A DNA stretch of 31,579 nucleotides. Origin: a virus (Duplodnaviria > Caudoviricetes). Shown in pieces: positions 24,959-31,579 of the stretch. The stretch covers positions 1 through 31,579 of IMG/VR virus record IMGVR_UViG_3300011337_000301; one strand, written 5' to 3'. The translations under genes were made by a program, and so were the position numbers. Each line of letters begins with the position of its first letter. Positions within the stretch are counted from its first letter, which is position 1. The notes under the pieces were generated by a model that was given only the letters and a program-made list of their open reading frames with translations, was not told where the DNA came from and made no database searches.

Positions 24959-26155
24959 ATGACAGAAGAAATCAAAAAGCAATTAGATGAATTAAATTCA
25001 GCTATTGACAGCCGTATTGCGAAAGCAGAAGGTCAAGCAGTTGCATCAGCAACAGGAAAAGCGGATGAATTATTAAAATCCGAAATCAAGAATTTGGAAA
25101 ACAAATTCACAGAAATCCACAGCCGTATCGATGCAGCAGAAGTTGCAGCAAAGAAAACAGCATCAGGAGCAAACGCACAATCATTCAAACAATCTTTGAT
25201 CGAAGGTATCACAAAAGGTGGTTTAGAGGGATTGATCAACGGATCAAGCCGTGCAGCAAAGTTTGAAATCAAAGCAGGCGATATGACTGTTGCGAATTCA
25301 TTCACAGGTGAGGTTATCCCTGCACAATATGTTCCTGGTATCAAATATGATCCAACCCGTCCTGTACACGTGCGCCAATTATTAGCGCAAGGTTCTACAT
25401 CAGCGGAGGTTGTACGTTATGTAAAAGAATCAGCATATGACAATGGTGTTGCACCAACAGCACAAGGTTCAACATTGCCTGAATCAGATTTCGATTTAAC
25501 AGCATACAGCGCAAACGTTGAGAAAGTTGGTACATATTTCCGTATTTCTGAGGAGATGTTGGCAGATACACCACAGCTAACATCTTATTTAGCAGCACGT
25601 GCGCCTGAGAAATTATTGACTGTTGAGGATACACAATTACTTTATGGTAATGGTACATCACCAAACATTTCAGGTATTTCAACATCAGGATCAACAGCAT
25701 TCGCAGCAGGTTCATTTGCTGATACAATTACAGCAGCGAACCAATTCGATGTTTTAACAGTAGCAATCAACCAATTAGCATTGGTAAACTACCGTCCTGA
25801 TTACATCATGTTGAACCCAACAGACTTTTCAAAAATCGTGTTGTTAAAATCAACAACAAACGAGTATTTGAATGAGCAATATTATGCAGGTTTACAGCCT
25901 ACATTCTTAGGTGTTCCGGTAATCGTAAACACAGCGATCACAGCAGGTACGTACATGGTAGGTAATTTTGCAATGGCGACTCAATTATGGGTTCGTGAAA
26001 ACTTATCATTAGAGTTTTTCCGTGAGGATGGAACAAACGTACGTGATGGTTTCGTGACTGTTCGTTTACAGGAGCGCATTGCATTAACTAACTACGCACC
26101 ATTAGCAATCGTTAAGGGTACATTTGCAACGGACATCGCTGCAATCGGGGTTTAG
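24959..26155 (+). CDS. HK97-fold major capsid protein with N-terminal delta domain
   Basis: Coiled-coil N-terminus; ISEEML.D, ED...L.G.G and GVPV motifs; highly expressed-type codons. Confidence 0.95.
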   Translation: MTEEIKKQLDELNSAIDSRIAKAEGQAVASATGKADELLKSEIKNLENKFTEIHSRIDAAEVAAKKTASGANAQSFKQSLIEGITKGGLEGLINGSSRAAKFEIKAGDMTVANSFTGEVIPAQYVPGIKYDPTRPVHVRQLLAQGSTSAEVVRYVKESAYDNGVAPTAQGSTLPESDFDLTAYSANVEKVGTYFRISEEMLADTPQLTSYLAARAPEKLLTVEDTQLLYGNGTSPNISGISTSGSTAFAAGSFADTITAANQFDVLTVAINQLALVNYRPDYIMLNPTDFSKIVLLKSTTNEYLNEQYYAGLQPTFLGVPVIVNTAITAGTYMVGNFAMATQLWVRENLSLEFFREDGTNVRDGFVTVRLQERIALTNYAPLAIVKGTFATDIAAIGV

Positions 26156-26175
26156 TTTTAACGCAATTCCAAATT

Positions 26176-26212
26176 AAGAGAGGCCACCTAAATATTGGGT
26201 GGCTTTTCTTTT
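26176..26212 (+). terminator. Intrinsic terminator after the capsid gene (followed by TATATTTG at 26213-26220)
   Basis: AAGAGAGGCCACCTAA / TTGGGTGGCTTTTCTT stem followed by T. Confidence 0.8.
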
Positions 26213-26239
26213 TATATTTGTTCAAAAAATAGCACAATT

Positions 26240-26494
26240 ATGGGCAAAGTTTTAATGAGAAAGACCGTTTTTGATAATAAAAGCGGATACCACAAAGCCG
26301 GTGAAATCGTTACGGTTTCGGCTGATGTAGAAAGACATTATTTGCATCACGGATATGCAACAATTCCTGTTGAGGAAACACCGGTAGTTGTTGAGGCAAA
26401 ACCGGAGGCCATTGAGGCTGAAACAAAGGAGGAAAAAATAGTTTATAAGACAAAGGGCAACAAAGCAAAAAAGGATGCGGCAGATCAAGATTAA
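26240..26494 (+). CDS. Small post-capsid structural/accessory protein
   Basis: Start reassigned to ATG 26240, after the terminator and promoter motif. Confidence 0.65.
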   Translation: MGKVLMRKTVFDNKSGYHKAGEIVTVSADVERHYLHHGYATIPVEETPVVVEAKPEAIEAETKEEKIVYKTKGNKAKKDAADQD

Positions 26495-26984
26495 TGATGT
26501 GATTGGTGTACCAATTATTTCACGCACAGATGCAAAAAAATACATCCGTATTGATACAACGGCAGATGATACGTTGATTGATTGGATGATTGAAGCGGCA
26601 CACACAGCGGCTGAAAATTATATGAGCAGGGATATTATCGCAAAGGAACGCACCTATTATTTGGACTATTCAGATACAGGGTTTATTGATATTCCATTTG
26701 GCCCGGTGGCATCTGTTGATTTAGTGACCGTAAAAGGCATTGAGGTTTCCTTTTCTGTTTATGGATTAGGCGATCCGATGGTGGAAATTACCCCATTAGG
26801 ATCAGACATCAAAATTGATTTTACAACAGAGGGAATGAGTGATGGATTATTGAAACAGGCATTATTGATGATGGTTTCCACATATTACGATAATCGTACA
26901 GATTTCGTGACAGGAATGACCGTGAATGAAGTTCCAAGCGCATCAGCCAAATTGTTGGATGGCATAAAATCTGTATTTGTATAA
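26475..26984 (+). CDS. Head-tail connector (HK97 gp6/SPP1 gp15-like)
   Basis: AK.Y.RID...DD.LI...I.AA...AE.Y and KQA.L..V...Y.NR motifs. Confidence 0.88.
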   Translation: MRQIKINDVIGVPIISRTDAKKYIRIDTTADDTLIDWMIEAAHTAAENYMSRDIIAKERTYYLDYSDTGFIDIPFGPVASVDLVTVKGIEVSFSVYGLGDPMVEITPLGSDIKIDFTTEGMSDGLLKQALLMMVSTYYDNRTDFVTGMTVNEVPSASAKLLDGIKSVFV

Positions 26985-27328
26985 TGGCAACAAGCAACAA
27001 CGCATCAATTTTAAAGCAACGGATTCTGATCAAGAGGATGCAAAAAACATCCGATGGATATGGTGGCACAACACCGGGTGGGTATGTGACCATTGATACC
27101 GTTTGGTGCAGGGTGCAAGAAACCAAAGGCCCAATCGATGAAAGAATGGGCATCAGACAAAAATCAACGGAGATTGAAATCACAATCCGCAAGGAAACGG
27201 CTGATTTAATTGCTAATGAGGATGTGTTGCAAGTTGAAGGATTCACGGCTAATTATCGAATCAATTCAAATTTTCAAACGTTTGAGAATTTCTGGGTAAA
27301 AATGACAGCCACCAAAATTGAGGGGTAA
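26984..27328 (+). CDS. Head closure/adaptor protein (SPP1 gp16-like)
   Basis: L.QRI.I......DGYGG....W; synteny. Confidence 0.8.
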   Translation: MATSNNASILKQRILIKRMQKTSDGYGGTTPGGYVTIDTVWCRVQETKGPIDERMGIRQKSTEIEITIRKETADLIANEDVLQVEGFTANYRINSNFQTFENFWVKMTATKIEG

Positions 27329-27774
27329 TGGCAAAAAATAGCGGTGTTGATTCTAAGCAATTAGCAGATTTGCAAAATAAAATTGACCAATTAGGTAAAT
27401 TGTCCAAACAGGAATTATCTAATGAATTGACAAAAACGGCAATGTTAGCCGTTGCAGGAATGAAAACTGATGCCAGACACGATACCGGTAATTTGAGAAA
27501 TCAAACCGGATTTGAAAGGCAAAATGAAAATACTGTTGTAATTTTTTCACGTGCGCCATATGCGCCATATGTAGAATTTGGAACAGGTAGATTGGTAGAT
27601 TTACAGCATTTGACAAAATTAGGATTCCCTGCATCTTATGCAATGCAATTTAAGGGCAAAGGAATCAAGAAAGTAAATTTGCCGGCACGGCCTTTTTTCT
27701 TTACAAATTTGCGTAAGGAATTGGGCGATTTAACAAAGAGGTTAGAAACCAAAATTAAACAATTAACAAAATAA
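27328..27774 (+). CDS. HK97 gp10-like neck protein
   Basis: DTGNLR, YAPYVEFGT and PARPFF motifs. Confidence 0.85.
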   Translation: MAKNSGVDSKQLADLQNKIDQLGKLSKQELSNELTKTAMLAVAGMKTDARHDTGNLRNQTGFERQNENTVVIFSRAPYAPYVEFGTGRLVDLQHLTKLGFPASYAMQFKGKGIKKVNLPARPFFFTNLRKELGDLTKRLETKIKQLTK

Positions 27775-28214
27775 TGTTAGAACCGATTCAATTCATCCGC
27801 AAGGCGATCATCACACGTTTGACCAATAATGTGGTGATTGGTGGTGTGACATTTGGTGTTTATAACCGTGTTCCATCAACGGCATCGTTTCCGTACATTT
27901 TGGTTTATTCTGTTTCATCTGATGAAACCGATTTCAATCAAACATCATATATCACAGAAACAATTACCAGGATCGAGGTTGTGACACGTTTCCAATCAGA
28001 TTCTGGTGGTGAATTGACAGCCAATCAGGCAATCAATAGAATTTTAGAATTAGTTAGAACACGATCAAACGGATATTTTGATTTATCAGCAGATGGATTC
28101 AATGTATTTACGTGCGTGAAAGAATCATCAACATACATTGTGGATGATGAAGCCGATCACACGTATTTTCGTGGCATTATAGAAATAAGTAATAAAATCC
28201 AACAAACAGCATAA
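27774..28214 (+). CDS. Tail terminator (DUF3168/gp17-like)
   Basis: VY.RVP....FPY motif; synteny. Confidence 0.75.
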   Translation: MLEPIQFIRKAIITRLTNNVVIGGVTFGVYNRVPSTASFPYILVYSVSSDETDFNQTSYITETITRIEVVTRFQSDSGGELTANQAINRILELVRTRSNGYFDLSADGFNVFTCVKESSTYIVDDEADHTYFRGIIEISNKIQQTA

Positions 28215-28215
28215 A

Positions 28216-28506
28216 ATGGAAACAAGGGATGCCATAATCGGTCTTGCATCATCGACAATCACAGCATTAATTTCGTGGATATTAGGTAAGCGAAAAGAAA
28301 ACGCAGACATATCCACAATTCAATTAGAAAATTCGCAACGTGTGATTGATATGGTTACCCAAATGAATGAAAAATTAGAGGCAAAGGTTGATCAATTAAG
28401 CAAAAAAGTTGATGAATTAACCGTTGAAATAGAGGGGTTGAGAATCGAGAATCACAACCTTAAATTTGGCAAACCGGCTAAAAAGAAAGCAGAAAACGAA
28501 CAATGA
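28216..28506 (+). CDS. Holin-like membrane-anchored coiled-coil protein
   Basis: N-terminal hydrophobic helix, KRK, then a coiled coil; directly before the endolysin. Confidence 0.5.
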   Translation: METRDAIIGLASSTITALISWILGKRKENADISTIQLENSQRVIDMVTQMNEKLEAKVDQLSKKVDELTVEIEGLRIENHNLKFGKPAKKKAENEQ

Positions 28507-28988
28507 AAGATCAAAAGACATTGGAACGGATTCAATTGATGCACCCGAAATTGCGTGCTGAGGTTGGAATCATATACGATGAAATTTGTGGAGCATTAAG
28601 AGGGAAGGCATTTTGTCGTTTTGCATATACATTACGCACATTTAAGGAACAGGATGATTTGTATGCGATTGGCAGAACAAAGCCGGGTGCAAAAGTTACT
28701 AACGCAAAAGGTGGGTATTCATTCCACAATTATGGCCTTGCATTGGACATTGTTCTGATTGATGGGGCATCAGCATCGTGGGATGTTAAAAAGGATTTTG
28801 ATGGCGATGGCAAAGCAGATTGGATGGAGGTTGTGGCCATATTTAAAAAGTACGGTTGGGAATGGGGCGGTGATTGGAAATTTGTTGATCCTCCACATTT
28901 TCAAAAAGGATTTGGTAAACAGATTTCCGATTTGTTAGCATTAAATAATGCCAAAAAAGTAGATGCACAAGGGTATGTGATTTTGTAG
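28503..28988 (+). CDS. Endolysin, peptidase M15 family (L-Ala-D-Glu peptidase-like)
   Basis: R...EQ..LYA.GRT, S.HNYG.A.D and WGG.W...D.PH motifs. Confidence 0.9.
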   Translation: MKDQKTLERIQLMHPKLRAEVGIIYDEICGALRGKAFCRFAYTLRTFKEQDDLYAIGRTKPGAKVTNAKGGYSFHNYGLALDIVLIDGASASWDVKKDFDGDGKADWMEVVAIFKKYGWEWGGDWKFVDPPHFQKGFGKQISDLLALNNAKKVDAQGYVIL

Positions 28989-29067
28989 GATATATTCAAC
29001 ATTAATGGCAAAAATCCTTAATAATGCACAATATAACCATCATTATTTGCCCAATTTATAATTCAAA

Positions 29068-29517
29068 ATGAAAAAATACCTAATCATCGCCATCGTTTTG
29101 TTTGCAAGTTGCAAACCTGCAAAAACAATTATCAAAGAATCAACCGTTGTAAAATACGACACGATACACACATCGGATGTGATATATAAAAGTAAGGCGG
29201 TACATGATTCAATAATCATTGAAAATCCATGCGATTCTGCGGGCATTTTAACGGCCTTTTATTCGAAATTTGTAATACCACAAGGGACAATCACATTACG
29301 TTCAACACGTGGCAGAATTGAGGCTAAAATTGACATTGATTCAATCGAATCTGTGTACAAATCTAAATACCAATTGTCAAAATCAGACAATGTTCAGGTT
29401 GCATCCAAAGAAGTGATCAAAAATGTTGTTCCTACATGGGCCATTATCACCATATTTTTTGAATCGGTCATCATTATCGGATATGTGTTTTATAAAACAA
29501 GGCTGATTATTTTTTAA
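29068..29517 (+). CDS. Lipoprotein with C-terminal TM helix (unimolecular spanin-like)
   Basis: Lipobox LFAS|C at residue 15; C-terminal WAIITIFFESVIIIGYVFY; located after the endolysin. Confidence 0.6.
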   Translation: MKKYLIIAIVLFASCKPAKTIIKESTVVKYDTIHTSDVIYKSKAVHDSIIIENPCDSAGILTAFYSKFVIPQGTITLRSTRGRIEAKIDIDSIESVYKSKYQLSKSDNVQVASKEVIKNVVPTWAIITIFFESVIIIGYVFYKTRLIIF

Positions 29518-29543
29518 CTTGCAATAAAATAAGCAGGTAGAAA

Positions 29544-31579
29544 ATGGCATCATTAACCGGTCAATTAGTAGCGGAAACATACAAAGCATTGTTGAAATTA
29601 ATCGACAATGATATTCTAACAGCAAGCGAAAAGCAAATCACGGATGGTTTTGGGGGTGGTTCAAATGTTTTCATTGATTCGCAAGGCTTTTTAAGAGCCA
29701 ACAAATACAAAATCACTAATGGATTAGCCACACAATTTTTGAAGGCTGATGGATCGTTGGATTCAAACGCATATTTGACATCGATCACCGGTGCGCAGGT
29801 CATTACAGCATTAGGATACACACCTGTTCCAACGACACGAACAATCACAATAAATGGTGAAACGCACAATTTGGCTGCGGATAATTCGTGGACAGTTGGT
29901 GTAACGGCTGCGATTTGGGGAAACATAACCGGCACATTAAGCAATCAAACAGATTTGCAAAATGCATTAAATGCCAAATACAACAATCCAACAGGTACGA
30001 TTTCACAATACATTCGTGGTGATGGAACATTGGCAACATTCCCAACGATGCCGGGAGGTTTACCAACAGGCGGTTCAGCCGGTCAGATATTATCCAAAAT
30101 TGATGCAACCGATTACAATACACATTGGATTGATAATTACGCAACACAGACCAAAAATGAAGTCAAATTAGGGCAGACATTAACCAAAGGAACACCGGTT
30201 TACGTTTCATCAGCCAATGGAACAAATATAATTGTTTCTGCGGCATCAAATACAAGTGAGGCCCTGAGTTCAAAAACTTTGGGATTACTTGAAACAGGTG
30301 GTGCTACAAATGATTTGGTTAAATGCGTGACCTTTGGATTATTAGCCGGGTTGGATACATCAGCAGCATCAGCAGGTGATCCGGTATGGTTAGGGCCAAA
30401 CGGCACATTGATTTATGGTTTAGTCAATAAGCCATATGCACCTGCACATTTGGTTTATATTGGGGTTGTGACACGTGTACAATCGAACAATGGTGAAATA
30501 TTTGTAAACGTTCAAAACGGATTTGAATTAAAGGAAATTCACGATGTGTACATTGCTGATCCTGCAAATAATCATGGCCTATTTTATGACATTGCTGATG
30601 GTTTATGGAAAAACAAAAGCATTGCAAGTGCATTAGGATATGCTCCTGAACAACCATTGACATTCAGTTCACCATTAGTACGCACGGCAAATACAATTAG
30701 TATTCCTGTTGCAAATAGCACACAAAATGGATATTTGAGTTCAACATTATATGATTTTTTTTATGCTAAACAGGCCCAATTAAATGGGACAGGATTAGTT
30801 AGAATGGATGGCATTACAGTCACATATGATAATAATGCCTACATCACAGCATCAGCATTGGCAGGATACCAAACGGTTGCTAATATGCAAGATCAGTTAT
30901 TGATTGAAACAGGAAAATATCCATCATCAAATGCAGTTATTGCAGCATTAGGTACAAAACAGCCATTAGATTCAGATTTGACAGCAATTGCAGCATTAAC
31001 AGGAACAGTTGGATTTTTAAGAAAAACGGCAGCAGATACGTGGTCATTGGATACAAGCACCTATTTGACCACAGGTGATGCATCAACAACGTATTTGGCA
31101 ATTACAACGGCTGCATCGACATATCAGCGATTAGATAAAATGGTATCTAATTTATTGCCGAGTTCAACGGAATATCCGAATAGCAATGCCGTAATTAATG
31201 CGTTGGCTTTAAAAGCGGATGCAGCAAACCCGGTGTTTACCGGAAATATGACCATAAGTGGTGCAACACCAAGATTGTATTTTGTGGATACGGATCAAAA
31301 CCCTGATTATACAGTTTTCATCGATTCGGGGTATTTCTACATTTATGATCAAACGGCAGGTGCAACAAGATTTTCGATAAATTCATCAGGAAATATCAAT
31401 GCAGGTGTTGGTAAAAGCATCACAGCCGGTTCATTTATCAAAGAAAGTGGGACATCAAGTCAGTATTTGATGGCTGATGGTTCTGTTTCAACATTTGCAG
31501 GTGTTACAGGATCAGGATCAACAAATTATATTCCAAAATGGACATCTGCAAGTGGATTAGGGAATAGTGTAATTTATGA
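29544..31579 (+). CDS. Long tail fibre, N-terminal part (continues across the circular join into 1..2400; ~1428 aa total)
   Basis: Missed by the ORF track. My translation from ATG 29544 (MASLTGQLVAETYKALL...) has no stop to the window end and is in frame with ORF 37..2400 via the terminal repeat. It contains fibre-type motifs QFLKADGS, QYIRGDGT and QYLMADGS. Confidence 0.88.
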   Translation, partial: MASLTGQLVAETYKALLKLIDNDILTASEKQITDGFGGGSNVFIDSQGFLRANKYKITNGLATQFLKADGSLDSNAYLTSITGAQVITALGYTPVPTTRTITINGETHNLAADNSWTVGVTAAIWGNITGTLSNQTDLQNALNAKYNNPTGTISQYIRGDGTLATFPTMPGGLPTGGSAGQILSKIDATDYNTHWIDNYATQTKNEVKLGQTLTKGTPVYVSSANGTNIIVSAASNTSEALSSKTLGLLETGGATNDLVKCVTFGLLAGLDTSAASAGDPVWLGPNGTLIYGLVNKPYAPAHLVYIGVVTRVQSNNGEIFVNVQNGFELKEIHDVYIADPANNHGLFYDIADGLWKNKSIASALGYAPEQPLTFSSPLVRTANTISIPVANSTQNGYLSSTLYDFFYAKQAQLNGTGLVRMDGITVTYDNNAYITASALAGYQTVANMQDQLLIETGKYPSSNAVIAALGTKQPLDSDLTAIAALTGTVGFLRKTAADTWSLDTSTYLTTGDASTTYLAITTAASTYQRLDKMVSNLLPSSTEYPNSNAVINALALKADAANPVFTGNMTISGATPRLYFVDTDQNPDYTVFIDSGYFYIYDQTAGATRFSINSSGNINAGVGKSITAGSFIKESGTSSQYLMADGSVSTFAGVTGSGSTNYIPKWTSASGLGNSVIY
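31431..31579. repeat. Terminal direct repeat, copy 2
   Basis: Matches 1-149; the reading frame is continuous across the join. Confidence 0.95.

Noticed and set aside
446-30663. All minus-strand ORFs and short alternative-frame plus ORFs in the track
   Set aside because: They are shadows of well-supported + strand genes, with no recognisable motifs.

Overview
The window is an apparently complete, circularly permuted genome (~31,430 bp; bases 31431-31579 repeat bases 1-149) of a siphovirus with an HK97-type head. All credible genes are on the + strand. TAnnTTTG/-33 TTTG promoters and A-rich translation starts without Shine-Dalgarno sites point to a Bacteroidota host. Gene order: early cassettes (10.9-11.9 kb); ERF recombination, SSB-like and replication-initiator genes; small middle genes; ParB-like; terminase; portal; minor head; protease; capsid; neck; lysis cassette (holin-like, M15 endolysin, u-spanin-like); a ~1428-aa tail fibre spanning the window ends; two tail-tube paralogs; frameshifted tail chaperones; tape measure; tail-tip protein; metallophosphoesterase. 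No integrase, polymerase, tRNA or CRISPR was seen. The main observation is two short non-coding units (promoter motif, single-stranded tract, intrinsic terminator) at 9531-9650 and 10681-10765. Their single-stranded tracts are reverse complements of the translation-initiation regions of about a dozen early/middle phage genes, which suggests a multi-target 'anti-start-codon' sRNA system. Also notable: a kissing-loop leader before the replication initiator, iterons in the initiator, a dyad at the late/early boundary, and apparent CCAG/CTGG and AGCT depletion. All calls come from reading the sequence by eye; no searches were run.
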